A program made the position numbers and the translations under genes. Positions 12,590 through 25,862 of a stretch of 64,000 nucleotides of DNA are shown here, piece by piece. Numbering within the stretch: position 1 is the first letter of the stretch; each line of letters begins with the position of its first letter. The stretch is from Octopus vulgaris. Its lineage: Eukaryota. The notes under the pieces were generated by a model. The model did no database searches and was not told the DNA's origin. It saw only the letters and a list, made by a program, of their open reading frames with translations. The stretch is taken from contig OX597818.1 in the NCBI GenBank assembly GCA_951406725.2, forward strand, positions 60,698,001 to 60,762,000, read 5' to 3'.

Positions 12590-12845
12590 TTTTCGGGGAA
12601 GATTGAAAGATGGTGCATAGGACTTTGCATGATAAATATAGCGACTCATCAATATTAAGATAGATGATGGATTGTTGGAGAGGAAATATCATTTTTGCGT
12701 CCATCTTGTAGAAAATAAAGCAACTTACTGCTAGACTACGATTATATCTAAACGTCTTCAGAAATATACTATTGCACACTCTCAAGGGATGTGTTTATCT
12801 CGGAGAAAGTCGGAGAGAAAATATTCCAGTTTTGGTTTATCCTTC
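12590..12845 (+). pseudogene. Highly decayed REL-domain fragment (R4/Dong-like) abutting (TAA)n
   Basis: Frameshifted motifs MVHRTLHDKY, LVENKAT and LLDYD resemble the VHW.L..KY...VVEN....ILWD pattern. Confidence 0.4.
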
Positions 12846-13471
12846 CTGGAATCATTTAGTATTAATTTACACATAGTCTCCATACGAGATTCTGTTATTT
12901 GTTGATCTCTAGTTGCTGTATTTGCCTTGTATTACTTTTTGTATTTCGACTTTTATTTATTTATATATATAATATATATGTGTGTGAGTGTGTGTGTGTG
13001 TATATTTATGTAGCTCAGCTAGCTAGCTATCTATTCACTAATTTATTTATTTATTTCGATGGAAGATGTTTCTAGAACGTGGCGGTATTACACACATGGG
13101 GAAACACGGATATATTTCCGAATACGCTTTGAAAACTACACGATATATATTTTTTATATATATTTTTCTTAAACTTTCGCCGTTGTATTTTGTAGCTGTT
13201 ATATTTCTGATCGTTATATGTGTTGTTGCTGTTCTTCTTGTTGTTGTTGTCATTGTTGTTCATGTTGATGATGATGATGATGTTTATCCTTCAATGTAGT
13301 TTCTTTTTTCTTTCTTTAAATCGGTAAAGATAAAAATCAGGTTTCAGTAACAACTTAACAAAAAAATTTATATATATTTCTACGCAGATACAAGTGTGTG
13401 TATTCAGAGAAGCTATGCATACATACGTGTAAGCGTGTGTATCTATCTCTCGCCATACATACATTTATTAT

Positions 13472-13584
13472 TACTAAGCAAGAACGCTGTTAAAAGTGAC
13501 TTCGAAGTTCGGTCAGTCTAACGATGGCTTAGCTGACCTGAACTTCGAAGTCACTATCAACAACATTCTTATTTAAAATTAGTA
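13472..13584. repeat. Imperfect foldback (MITE-like)
   Basis: AGTGACTTCGAAGTTC-GGTCAG pairs with CTGACCTGAACTTCGAAGTCACT; weaker pairing extends to the outer TACTAA/TTAGTA. Confidence 0.7.
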
Positions 13585-13633
13585 AATTTGTACTTGACAA
13601 AAGCATAGAATAATCCCTCGGATTAATGTAAAG

Positions 13634-13690
<57 letters not shown>

Positions 13691-13704
13691 GAAAATGAAA
13701 AAAG

Positions 13705-13905
13705 CAGTGAGCTGGTAGAACCGTATGCAAACCGGAGAAAATGCTTAGCGGCATTTCGTCCGTTCTTACTTTCTGAGTTCAAATGCCACCGAAGTTGCCT
13801 TTGCCTTTCATCCTGTGCGGATCGATAGAATAAGTACCAGTTGGTAACTCGGGGCGATGTAATCGACTTAGACCTTATAACGAAACTGCTGGCCTTGTGT
13901 CGAAA
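13705..13905 (+). mobile_element. SINE family A, old diverged copy
   Basis: GAGCTGGTAGAA head, GAGTTCAAAT B-box, GCCTTTCATCC core. Confidence 0.7.
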
Positions 13906-14171
13906 TTAGAACTTTACATATATGAATATGCATATATACCTCCATATAATGTATATGCATGCATACATGTGTACATGTATGTATCCATGTATGTATGCAT
14001 GTATATATGCATATGTGTGTGTATGTTCGTATGTATACACATATGTATGCATGTATATCTCTGTCAGTGTGTGTGTGTTCATTTATGTATAAACTGGCAT
14101 TATGACCCGTCGTTGCCGGATCATAGTGCTAGTGCATGTATATATGTGTATATATATGTCTACATATTACA

Positions 14172-14225
<54 letters not shown>

Positions 14226-14309
14226 CACATAAAATACAAAATACAAAGTTATATCTTGATATCGCTAGTGATAACAATACTCAAAATATATAACAGACTG
14301 GAATTGTAG

Positions 14310-15100
14310 GCCCGTGTCTTGCAATTTCGATCAATTGTATCTTGTCCTCCCTCTTGTATAGAAGTGTAGCTACAATCCAGCCTACCTCTACTTCTGGGGG
14401 GGACATTTTTAATTTTTATCCGGGACGTTCTACGTCCCAAATATAAAGGTAAAAGTAGAATATTTCCACTTTGAATATTTCCAAGGTTCGAGTCGAGCAC
14501 TACCTTGCACGCTCCGTTGACTCGAACCTTGCTTCTATTGTGGCAAATTTACCGCCTCTGGTTAGATAACTTTCATAGTCGCAACAAGACACTTTTCGAT
14601 GGTGCTTTTCTCCAGGTGTTCAAATCGTTTTTTTTCTCTATATTGTACACTTTATAGACAATTGTCTTTTCTTTAATTTAATTTTTTATTTTGTTTGGTG
14701 ATGTTATCCTAGATTCACCGTCTTTGTCGGTGATCAATTCGTATTTCTTCCATTTTAATTCAATGAGTTCGCCCCCGCCGACGGCTGCAGCGAAATTCAT
14801 TTTTGGACTTTCTTCTATCGAAGGCATTCTAACAAAAATGCTTCCGTGTAAACGGTGAAAATATTGTCAATTTCCCCAAACAGGGACATAATTCAATTTT
14901 TAAACAATAACCAAAGCTCCTTCTCCCAAAGGGGGGGGGGTATAGTTTACAATTATTTAACAAATGCAACACAACAATGTTTCTTTTACGAAGAACCAAC
15001 AAACGTGATAACAATAGTTAAACAGTAATAATAATAACAACAAACCTAACTATGAATCAGAAAGCAGTAAGCAGTTGAAGCTTTAGTCCTTTATGTATAA
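14310..15100 (-). mobile_element. Probable Tx1/L1-like LINE 5' end (5' UTR plus decayed ORF1 start, ATG near 14827)
   Basis: Translates with stops and frameshifts as MPSIEESPKMNFAAAVGG...EKTIVYKVYN...GGKFATIEARFES...LLLPLYLGRRTSRIKIKNVPP-EVEVGW, which is RRM-like ORF1 in style. Confidence 0.55.
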
Positions 15101-15529
15101 GAAATAAACCTACAGCAGTATTCTGTTGGAGCGGCTGTTCGAGGAAACAGATTCAGCCAAACTTCATATAGATAATTAATGCTAGCTAATTAGCTGATAA
15201 TCTAATGTAAAAGCACAGCTCCATCTGGACTATTCCATTTCTGCACGCTAATTTTATTTTTAATTTATTCCCATTCATGTGAAACCACATATTCAAGTTC
15301 AAGTCATTGATGCAATTTTATACCAATTGCTATCTTTACTTTTGTTATGTTACGATTATATTATACTTTAGTTTGATTTTAATCATTACTTACTACATAT
15401 AATTCAATTGTTATTATTATTTTTATTGTTAAAGTGAAAGTATCTGACATAAAATAGAGAAATATTTTTGTTTCACTTTTAACACGTAATACTGAAATAG
15501 TGGAGAAGATATTGCTATGGGCTCGCTAC

Positions 15530-15644
15530 ATGGATCCTAAGTAAGGCATGTGTAAAATTTGAATGAAATTGGTTGTGTAGTTCTCAAGTTTTAGGGAAAA
15601 CACAGACAGACAGACGCACATTCTCAGTTTTATATATAGAGAGA
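15530..15644 (-). mobile_element. Possible Helitron 5'-terminal fragment
   Basis: Minus strand begins A|TCTCTCTATATATAAAACTGAGAATG...(CTGT)n, resembling non-autonomous Helitron 5' ends. No clear CTAG 3' end was found. Confidence 0.35.
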
Positions 15645-15649
15645 TATAT

Positions 15650-15785
15650 TCGACGAGCTTCTTTCAGTTTCCGTCTATCAAATCCACTCACAAAGTTTGC
15701 CCAAGATGCCACGCAGTGGAACTGAACCTGGAACCATGCGGTTCGTAAGCAAGCTACTTACCACACAGCCACTCCTACGCCTACC
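15650..15785 (-). mobile_element. SINE family B 5' fragment
   Basis: Reverse complement of the head and core. Confidence 0.75.
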
Positions 15786-16009
15786 TACATTTTTTTCACG
15801 AATACATCCCTTTAGATTTTGATTTCGTTCTTGGATGTTTCTGTTTCTTTAATTTTCAGGAACCAAACTTCAGCCGGTGAACCAAACTTCATCAATTCCT
15901 TCTATAACATTCGTGTGACCTTATGCCGGCGAATTGGCTGAGTCGGATGGAATAACTTGCGATATTTATTCCAACGTATGTCGTTTTGAGTGCAGTAACT
16001 CTCATAAAC

Positions 16010-16325
16010 TGACACTCCGTCGGTTGCGACGATGAGCGTACCAGTTGGTCAGATCAACGGGATAGCCTGCTTGCGGAATTAACGGGCAAGTGGCTGAGCA
16101 CTCCGCAGACATCCGTACCCTTAATGTAGTTCTCGGGGAGATTCAGCATGAAGCAGAATGGGACGAGGCTGGTCCCTTTGAATTGCAGATACAACTATTT
16201 TTTGCCTGCTGAGTGGATTAGGGGCAACGTGAAACAAGTGTCTTGCTCAAGGTCATAACGTGCCACCAGACATCTAACTCACGACATTACAATCTTGAAC
16301 CGACCACCCTAACCACTAAGCCACT
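16010..16325 (-). mobile_element. SINE family C (tRNA head, V/CORE-like CTTGAGCAAGACAC box)
   Basis: Homologous to 48595-48980 and 49535-49880 (CACTCCGTCGGTT.CGACGATGAG...GTGGCTGAGCACTCC). Confidence 0.75.
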
Positions 16326-16643
16326 CAGCCACTCATACCAGACATAATCAATTGTTTTATTGATCTCAAAGGCAACAATATTTTATTTCGGCAAATGAAA
16401 ACAAGAATCATGGAAAGCATCATTGCAACAAATAGTAAAACGTTAAACATCCGGGCATCTTCTATACGGATTTGATTTTTTTTTTTTTTTGGTGCATGTT
16501 CTGTCAAGCAGAGGCAACCATTTTCCATAAGACTTCAGACTTTCACTTTATAGATTGCTGCTAATCTGTACACGTTCTACGCCGATCTAGAAGATATTGT
16601 GATCGACAGTTCTAGCTCCATGGAAGCCATTTAGAAGGGTTCA

Positions 16644-16874
16644 GGCGGCGAGCTGGCAGAAACGTTAGCACGCCGGGCGAAATGCGTAGCCGTATTTCGT
16701 CTGCCGTTACGTTCTGGGTTCAAATTCCGCCGAGGTCGACTTTGCCTTTCATCCTTTCGGGGTCGATAAATTAAGTACCAGTTACGCACTGTGGTCGATA
16801 TAATCGACTTAATCCGTTTGTCTGTCCTTGTTTGTCCTCTCTGTGTTTAGCCCCTTGTGGGTAGTAAAGAAATA
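16644..16874 (+). mobile_element. SINE family A monomer with TSD
   Basis: CATTTAGA(A/G)GGGTTCA occurs on both sides. Confidence 0.92.
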
Positions 16875-17342
16875 CATTTAGAGGGGTTCAAATCCCACCA
16901 TAGCTAACATTATCTTCCAAGATTTTAGGGCCGATGAAAAGAGAACTAATCTGGGGTGATGGATTGGCAGGGTTGAGGGCTCGGGTGAGATCCTTTCCGG
17001 TATCTGTTCTGATCTTTTGTATTGTGACAGTGACGCCTGTAACGGCAATGGTACCAGTCTGTGTCGTCGGTGGTGGAAACAGAGATAGGTGCAACTTGGA
17101 TGCAAAGGTAACAAAAAAAAACCATGCCCAAGGCTGCTCATATACATACAGGTGAATGATCTAGCTTAAAGGGAATATCAAAAAATACCAATTACTAAAA
17201 GCTCTCTTTTTTCGTGAGGGTATAGTCTTAAGAACCGGCTTTCTCAAGAACGCCAATGTAGGACGGGTAAGGATGCCTTGGAATAGAACCTCAAGGAACT
17301 GTCGCCGATGACAGAGAAAGGGTATTAGTTATTCAGAGTTAA

Positions 17343-17757
17343 GGCGACGAGCTGGCAGAAGCGATAGCACGCCGGGCGAAATGCTTCGCGGTATTTCGTC
17401 TGCCGTTACGTTCTGCGTTCAAATTCCGCCGAGGTCGACTCTGCCTTTCATCCTTTCGGGGTCGATAAATTAAGTACCAGTTACGCACTGGAGTCGATGT
17501 AATCGACTTAATCCGTGTGTCTGTCCTTGTTTGTCCCCTCTGTGTTTAGTCCCTTGTGGCTAGTAAAGAAATAGGTATTTCGTCTGTCGTTACCTTCTGA
17601 GTTCAAATTCCGCCGTGGTCGACTTTGCCTTTCATCCTTTCGAGATCGATAAATTAAGTACCAGTTACGCACTGGGGTCGATGTAATCGACTTAATCCGT
17701 TTGTCTGTCCTTGTTTGTCCCTTCTGTGTTTAGCCCCTTGAGGGCAATAAAGAAATA
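17343..17757 (+). mobile_element. SINE family A dimer with TSD
   Basis: TTATTCAGAGT at 17329-17339 and 17760-17770. Confidence 0.92.
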
Positions 17758-17876
17758 ATTTATTCAGAGTGATGAGCCGAGTGCTACGCAGGAATACATG
17801 AGCTTCGAACGCTGCTGCATTGATCAGTTCTTTGAAAGCTGTTCGACGCGTTTCGGCATAATTCCCGACCAATTCC

Positions 17877-17963
<87 letters not shown>

Positions 17964-18954
17964 ACAAACGCACGCATGCGCACAGGCAGTACGTTTAACA
18001 GATTTGTCAGTGTTGATGTCACTCACGATTAGGCCTGATCAACAAATCAGACGCCACAGCAATGAGATCAATTAATAAAGAAGAAGAATGGAAATCCGTC
18101 CGTCCATCGATTTTGCGAACGGGGGGGGGAAGATGGTTTTGTTGCTATGGCTGTGATTGTTCTTGTCGTTGCTGATGATAATCTGTTAGAACCAGATCAT
18201 CCTTCTTTGAGCATACCTATGCCTATAAAACCTCCCGGCCATAAAAATATTCCATATTTTTGTATATCTAGGATGACAGTCCGAGACGTATTTCCGTTGT
18301 AGAGACATCAGAATGTGATATGATGGAATTTGACTGCAATTTAATGTAAGGCGCTGAAGAAGACAAATATATCAGAGAAGAAAGCCTTGAAGAAAAACAG
18401 CAGCGAATTTTTTTTTTGTTTCTTTTACGCTTTTATAATCTATTTTCCTTGTTATTATGTGTGAGACTGCTTTTTATAAATCTGCACATTTCCTTATTGT
18501 TTCAGGCAAATGGACATTATACTTGCGTGTAAAGCCTTACGTTGTAAATTAAGAATGACACATACTTTCACTACGAAACACCGAAGCAAGCAAAATGGCG
18601 TTGTTTTATTTGAAACACAAGGTTCGGTTTGAGACTATATTAAAATTTGTTTATGGAGGTGATTGTGTTTGAGATTATATTGAATTTTATGTCGGTAGTT
18701 ATGCTTAAAACTATACTGAATTTTATTCAAATTTAAAAGTTAATTACGTAATTAATCAAAGTCACTAGTTATTAACTTGTACCTGTGGCTATGAAACGTA
18801 GCTTATTTATTAGTAATGTACTAATAAATGAAATGAGCCGTATGAGGTCTGACAATATGAAGCCAAAAGTATTCTGACTTCGTTATAAATACTTAACCCC
18901 AATAATCTTAGGTTTGGACCTCTTGAAATACACTGGTGTACTTTAGGGGGGTTA

Positions 18955-19225
18955 ATCTCACGTGATCACGTGATCGACCAGACTAGCGAATGTTATTATA
19001 CATCGCTGATAACAATGCGCTTTGTATCGTTTTTTAGGTTTCGAGTAATGCCAACTCGCTGGCCGAGCGAGCGAGCAAACCAACATTTGCCCTGATCTGT
19101 AGGCTGCCTCGTTACTGGGTTACCCATTTATAGTTAAGGGGACTAGAACAACGCCAAGTTAAGCGTTTTGCTCAAAAATACAAATCGCTGTTCGGTACGA
19201 AAATCGAACCCACTATCTAAAGAAC
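18955..19225 (-). mobile_element. SINE family C variant with (CACGTGAT)n tail
   Basis: Similar to 46625-46870 (+), which also ends CACATGATCACGTGAT. Confidence 0.55.
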
Positions 19226-19515
19226 TCTAGTCACTTGTCCACTTGTCTTTAGGGGTTAATTTAGTGAATCTTGAAGAGAGTGTGCTTCACTAAATAGTTC
19301 CATTGAATTGATTATATAATTAAAGAGGGCGCCATTTACTTATTAATTTTCTTGAGTAAATTTCTCTACGGCAAAACATCAGATATTTTAAACATATGTT
19401 TTCTTTAATTATTAAAATGTTGAAATTTGCTCTTCACAAAATATGAGAAATTAAGTGTCTAAGAGCGCGCGCACGTGTGTGTGTACGTGTGTGTGTGTTT
19501 GTGAGTGTGTGTGTT

Positions 19516-19554
<39 letters not shown>

Positions 19555-19869
19555 TTACTCCTTTTCCTGAAAGCTTTACTGATGAAAGAGATAATAAATA
19601 GCCCTGATATACGGTAATGTTGGAAAGACTTTCTTACTTTGAGAATTTTATGCCAAAGAATTGTGAAGAATACATGAAAATATTCTCATAAATTACCGTT
19701 TGTTATTCCACCGAGGACGATTCATTTTAGTATAGCTCCTTCTCTACAAAAATTAATCCGATTTCTTACTTTTAAAACGTAATTATTTGATGTGTGGTGA
19801 GTTTGGATAGAAACTACCATAGTAACAAAATGAAGGTCTTAATAATACAGTAAGGAGAATGAAACAATG

Positions 19870-20130
19870 TATCTAGGGAGAGTAGTTGGGACTCCATTGC
19901 TTTTGCACGCTGATTCAGCCATGTTGAGAATCTTTGAAGAGGAAAAGCAATTGAAGGTGATAAAGGAGTCGATTATTTATGAAGTTTACTGTCTTCTTCA
20001 ACACCTTACAATAAATTGCAGGTTGGTAGTTGATAATATAAGAACAGGTTTTCGTTCAGGGAAACAGGGTTCACATAATGGTGTGGGTGATGAGCCATAC
20101 GTGTGAAACTGAAGAGACTTTCGGAGGGGT
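19870..20130 (-). pseudogene. Decayed LINE reverse-transcriptase N-terminal fragment (CR1/Jockey-like)
   Basis: Minus frame NYQPAIYCKVLKKTVNFINNRLLYHLQLLFLFKDSQHG resembles NYRPISL...KVLE..IN.RL..HL....L.DSQHGF. Confidence 0.55.
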
Positions 20131-20460
20131 TATGCTGTAAGTTATTTGTGGGCAACGTGTGAGTTCCAATAAAAACAAGAAACAAAATCTGAGTTTTCCT
20201 GATCAGGTGTGAAATTAACTGAACTCTTTTTTGCTGAGTATTGATGGCGGCCGAGTTGAGAGATAATTAAATATACAACTGCTTTGTGATAAAGAACACG
20301 TTACAAAGACTTCGTGTTTTTTTTTTTGTTTTTTCACACAACTATATATATTTAGAATCACAACGCTTCTATTGTTTGTTTTCTGTGCTCCAAAAGATAT
20401 TCAATGGATCACTCGGTGTTTTACAGTATTGTCGAGAGAAGTAAGTTTAAAAGGGATAAG

Positions 20461-21029
20461 GCGGCGAGCTGGCAGAAACGTTAGCACGCCGGGCGAAATG
20501 CTTAGCGGTATTTCGTCTGCCGTTACGTTGTGAGTTCGAATTCCGCCGAGGTCGACTTTGCCTTTCATCCTTTCGGGGTCGATAAATTAAGTACCAGTTA
20601 CGCACTGGGGTCGATGTAATCGACTTAATACCTATGTCTGTCCTTGTTTGTCCCCTCTGTGTTTAGCCCCTTGTGAGTAATAAAGAAATAGGTATTTCGT
20701 CTGCCGTTACGTTGTAAGTTCAAATTCTGCCGAGGTCGACTTTGCCTTTCATCCTTTCGGGGTCGATTAAATAAGTACTTAATCCGTTTGTCTGTCCTTG
20801 TTTGTCCCCTCTATGTTTAGCCCCTTGTGGGTAGTAAAGAAATAGGTATTTCGTCTGCCGCTACGTTCTGAGTTCAAATTCTACCGAAGTCGACTTTGCC
20901 TTTTATCCTTTCGGGGTCGATTAAATAAGTACCAGTTATGCACTGGGGTCGATATAATAGACTTAATCCGTTTGTCTGTCCTTGTTTGTCCCCTCTGTGT
21001 GTAGCCCCTTGTGGGTAGTAAAGAAATAG
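20461..21029 (+). mobile_element. SINE family A trimer with TSD
   Basis: One head and three bodies (the second has an internal deletion). TSD TAAG(T/G)TTAAAAGGGATA. Confidence 0.92.
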
Positions 21030-21487
21030 GTAAGGTTAAAAGGGATACATAATGCTCGAGCGTTCGACCTTTAAAAATTATATTCCAAAGGAGGAAATGA
21101 TTCCGTTTGCAGTTTGCTGAAATCTTCCCTACGTGCTCTTGGTTGAACCTAGACAATTTTTATTTAATGTGTGTGAGTGTGTGTGCGCGCTCGTTTGTAT
21201 ATATGTGTGTGTACGTGTGTGTTTGTGTATGTGGTTACTCTTGTATCAGGTTCTCACCAAAAGTTATTTTTCAAAAAGGGTTCGCATTTATATCAGGCGT
21301 CTCTATTAAAAGCAGTTCGTTACCCGAAATGTACGTAAAACGATTTGTTTGTGATGAGAGGCGTTCATAAACCGAATATCCACCGTGCTTAGAATTTTTT
21401 AAGTTGATAACCTAATAACTTCGATTTAACTCTTAATATGCATACGTACTCTGACATACACATTCAGGTAGCCATGTATAAAACATG

Positions 21488-21540
<53 letters not shown>

Positions 21541-21543
<3 letters not shown>

Positions 21544-21740
21544 TTTACTCTTTTACTTGTTTCAGTCATTTGACTGCGGTCATGCTGGAGCACCGCCTTT
21601 AGTCGAGCAAATCGACCCCGGGACTTATTCTTTGTAAGCCCAGTACTTATTCTATCGGTCTCTTTTGCCGAACCGCTAGGTGACGGGGACGTAAACACAC
21701 CAGCATCGGTTGTCAAGCAATACTAGGGGGACAAACACAG

Positions 21741-21775
<35 letters not shown>

Positions 21776-21935
21776 CATATATAGGCTTCTTTCAGTTTCC
21801 GTCTACCAAATCCACTCACAAGGCATTGGTCGGCCCGGGGCTATAGCAGAAGACACTTGCCCAAGATGCCACGCAGTGGACTGAACCCGGAACCATGTGG
21901 TTGATTAGCAAGCATACCACACAGCCACTCCTGCG

Positions 21936-21968
<33 letters not shown>

Positions 21969-22268
21969 TTTATATATATATATTCTTTATATATATATAT
22001 ATATATATATATATTCTTTTATTCTTTTATATTTTTCAGTCATTTGACTGTGGCTTGCTGGAGCACCGCCCTATAGTCGAACAAATCGACCCCAGGACAT
22101 ATCCTTTTAAAGCCTAGTACTTATTCTATCGGTGTCTTCTGCCGAACCGCTAAGTTACGGGGTACGTAAGTGCTCCAACATCGGTTGTCAAGCAATGGTG
22201 CGAGACAAACACAGGCGCACCAACACACACATACATACATACGCACACACACACACACACACATAAAC

Positions 22269-22311
<43 letters not shown>

Positions 22312-22338
22312 AACACATACATACGCACGCACACACAC

Positions 22339-22379
<41 letters not shown>

Positions 22380-22480
22380 CGACGGGCTTCTTTCAGTTTC
22401 CGTCTACCAAATCCACTGACAAGGCTTTGGTCGGCCTTTGGCTATAGTAGAAGCCATTTGCCCAAGTTGCCACGCAGTGG
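21541..22480 (-). mobile_element. Two tandem SINE family B copies (21541-21938 full length; 22020-22480 5'-clipped)
   Basis: Reverse complement of the family B consensus, separated by (TA)n. Confidence 0.85.
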
Positions 22481-22491
22481 GACTATATGTA

Positions 22492-22531
<40 letters not shown>

Positions 22532-22959
22532 TGTGTGCGTTTATGTGTGCGTGTGTGTACTCGAGTAAAGCCGTGTATAACTCACTCGAGCATAAAAGGA
22601 GGAGGGAAGGCCACCTGCACTGTGAATGCTTCCGGGAGAAAATTCTCTTCGGTAACACGCGTGCAAACACTTTGTGCTGTGAAAGTGACGCCACTGGATC
22701 GTGGGACGCATTGTAGTAGAAATAGCAAGTCTGTCCTACTCAGGCCAATAAGAATGAATTAATTTCGAATTAGTTACTTTCTTCTGGATGACGCGGAAGT
22801 GCGCAGAAACCCATGCAGCCTACGCTTGCACGACGCCATTCAGATCCTGGCTTCCGCAGCGGAAGGTCTGCCCACGTCCAAGTATGCTAGAGCATGTTAA
22901 AGATTACCGTACACGACACGATTATATTATATTCAACAACGCTACTGCTTCCGAATACA

Positions 22960-23009
<50 letters not shown>

Positions 23010-23022
23010 AATATATATATAC

Positions 23023-23053
<31 letters not shown>

Positions 23054-23399
23054 TGTATGTATGTATGCATGTATGTATATAGATATAGATATAGATAGGT
23101 AGATAGATAGATAGATGTTGATATACACACCCACCCACACACACAGACATATATGTATATATATATATACATACATACACACACACACACACATACACAC
23201 ACATATATATATAAATTAGAAAAGCCACCCTTTATCAAGTCAAAATGAAAAATTAAATTGCATCATGTAGAACATTAGATATAATAGAAATATATATATT
23301 ATATTTTGTGAAATTTGATTTAGTATTTCTAAATTGAATTTTTTCCCTGTAAGTTTGGAGTAATATTCCCTCAAATTATTATTATATTTGTATATACGA

Positions 23400-23914
23400 T
23401 TGCCACTTCTTTACAGAAGAAGGCCATCTCTTCAATTAATAAATACTGTCATGAGATCTTATATGACTAGCAAGCCCTGCTCTTGACAAACTCTACTGCA
23501 GAACTTACAAATATTTTTAGGCAGCAAAGCGTCTGGGATTGTATTTAAATCCTGTCTACGAATTCTTCGAGCTGCAAATACTTTACATCTATTGTAGATC
23601 CTTTGTTTCTAAACCGATCGATCTTGCGTCATCTGCTCCCAGTCTTCAACTTTCCCATCAAGAGCCTAAAGATTGCTTTTGACAGCATCCCTAAAACGTT
23701 TCTAGGGTTTATGTCTCGGACGTTTGCCACGCTGCAACTGCCCGTAAAACATCCGCTTTGGTAACCTGTCATCCTGCATCCTAGCAACGTGCCCAACCCA
23801 ACGCACCTGGTTGTGTATGAGGATCATTTCAATACTGGGTGTGTTAGCTTGCTGAAGAACAACGGTGCCTGATGTTAAAGATTGCTATTTGATGTCTAGT
23901 GTGCTCCTTAGGCA
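23400..23914 (-). mobile_element. RTE-clade LINE ORF C-terminal segment
   Basis: CLRSTLDIK*...VLQQANTPSIEMILIHNQVRWVGHVARMQDDRLPKRMFYGQLQRGKRPRHKP*KRFRDAVK...W...QDRS...CKFC. Confidence 0.9.
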
Positions 23915-24490
23915 ATTCTTTTTTCCATATATTTTGCTGTAACTATCTTCCACGCTTTCCAAGACTGTGATATCGGAGTCTATATTCGCTTCAGAACCAC
24001 AGTAAGGTATTTGATGTTAAACACCTTAATGCAAATTTGAAGACATTCCACGCCCTTGTTCGAGAGATCCTTTATACAGATGATGTAGTTCTCATTCCTT
24101 AAACCGAGGAGGGCATACACGCTATATTGGATCTCATCTCTAGAGCTTGTATTGCTTTTGGACTTACCATCAGTCTGAAGAAAACAAAGATCATGTTCTC
24201 TCAGCTACCAGGCCAACACTATATGGAACCTAACATCTTTGTCCAGGGTACAAGATTAGATGCGGTTGTCTTGTTCATCTACCTTGGCAGCACTCTCTCT
24301 AGAGATGGCTCCCTTGATTCTGAAATAAACTTGAGAATTGAAAAAGCCAGCAAAGCATTTGGAAGGCTTGAAAATCGCGTGTGATCTGATAGAGGTATCA
24401 CCTTCAAAACCAAGCTTACTATCCATAAATCTTGCATTTTAACGGTCCTCCTGTACTCTTCTGAGAACTGGACGACATATCGGCTCCACA
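23915..24490 (+). mobile_element. RTE-clade (BovB-like) RT segment, inverted relative to its C-terminus
   Basis: ILFSIYF...GVYIRFRT...REILYTDD...FGLTISLKKTKIM...FIYLGSTLSRDGSLDSEINLRIEKASKAFGRL...LLYSSENWTTYRLH. Confidence 0.92.
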
Positions 24491-24637
24491 CACACACACA
24501 CACCTACACACACACACATATATATATACACATACAAAAATGTAGACATGCACACATATGCCATATACATAGACACATACATACATACATACATACATAC
24601 ATACATACATACATACATACATACATACATACATACA

Positions 24638-24671
<34 letters not shown>

Positions 24672-25389
24672 CATACATATATGCCTACATACATATAACT
24701 ACATTCGAAAATCGAAACGTAGAATTCTTAATTGAGAATTGAGAATAAGCATACATAGTACCGAATATGTTTTAATGCAACGAGATTATATGTATTTAAA
24801 CACGTATGTACGTAGGCATTATATCTACCCTCAGCATTACTCAATATTATCCGGTGGCATTATTATACAGCCAGGTTCATGTTTGGGTATTCGTCGTGTG
24901 TGAATATAAAATTAAAGAAATTTGGGTCAAGAAGAATGAGTACGGTTGGACAGTTAGTTTTCATCACTATAATTGTTTGCACCCAATGTGGTTCTCAAAA
25001 ATACAGGTATTTGATTATACAGGTATTTGCTTAATGAGATCAAGTTGTATTTCCTCGGGTGATATTCGAGCGTTGTCTCCGTTAGTTTAAAATCTTTTTG
25101 AAGGCCATCCAATCTGTCCTCTTGGTTTGAATGCTGCAGCAGTTGGTAGATTCATGTTGATTGGTGGTAGAGCGTGTTCGTTGTACTGCTATGAGTGGTA
25201 GTCGATGGGTGTTCTGTTACCGACTGATCGCTGACCGGTTCTTCATGGTTGGCTGCACATGCGAATTTTATTAGCTAACCTTCAGTATTTAGTGATAGGA
25301 TATATACGCGCATACACACACAAAATCGAAGAGAGGTGACGGAACGATATGAAAGTGTATTAGTTTGACGCTCGAGAAAATGGAAAGGT

Positions 25390-25425
25390 CTTTTATGTTT
25401 CGAACTTACACTCTTCGACAGAAAG
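25390..25425 (-). ncRNA. Minimal HHR-like motif with CUGUCGA core, in a PLE-like repeat (about 25325-25480)
   Basis: CTTT-CTGTCGA-A-GAGT gtaa GTTC-GAAACATA^AAAG. Confidence 0.45.
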
Positions 25426-25500
25426 GAGTAAGAGGAAATAAATAGAGAGAGAATGAAAACAACGTGTTGAGTTCAGTGTTCCAATAGAGCGATGCATATA

Positions 25501-25581
<81 letters not shown>

Positions 25582-25629
25582 TAGGAAGAAATGGAGCTGA
25601 ACGAAGATTTAACAAAATTCCTTTTTATT

Positions 25630-25715
25630 ATTTTCTACATATGTTTCAAAGGTTGCAAAGTCCCTAATTCGGATTGAATAAGGAGTCCATTTTGCAGCCT
25701 TCTCTTCAGGAAAAT
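25630..25715 (-). ncRNA. Type I hammerhead ribozyme (mirror copy)
   Basis: Reverse complement of 25863-25948, with one C.A mismatch in stem II. Confidence 0.75.
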
Positions 25716-25862
25716 CCAGGAACTTAATTCTCCGACAAAATGCACAGCAAGCTTTTCGACAAACGCTCACGAGGAGCCCATGGAATAAATGGCACAAACT
25801 GTCTATCACTAGCGTTTGTCGAAAAGCTTGCTGTGCATTTTGTCGGAGAATTAAGTTCCTGG

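Noticed and set aside
16878-17155. Short non-repetitive ORFs (61-89 aa) as a host exon
   Set aside because: No recognisable domain, overlapping ORFs on both strands, and no clear splice pair; cannot be supported without RNA data.
15845-18560. Splice-acceptor-like sites (TTTTCAG near 15859, TTTCAG near 18505)
   Set aside because: No downstream open frame with a matching donor or recognisable protein; such motifs are expected by chance in AT-rich DNA.
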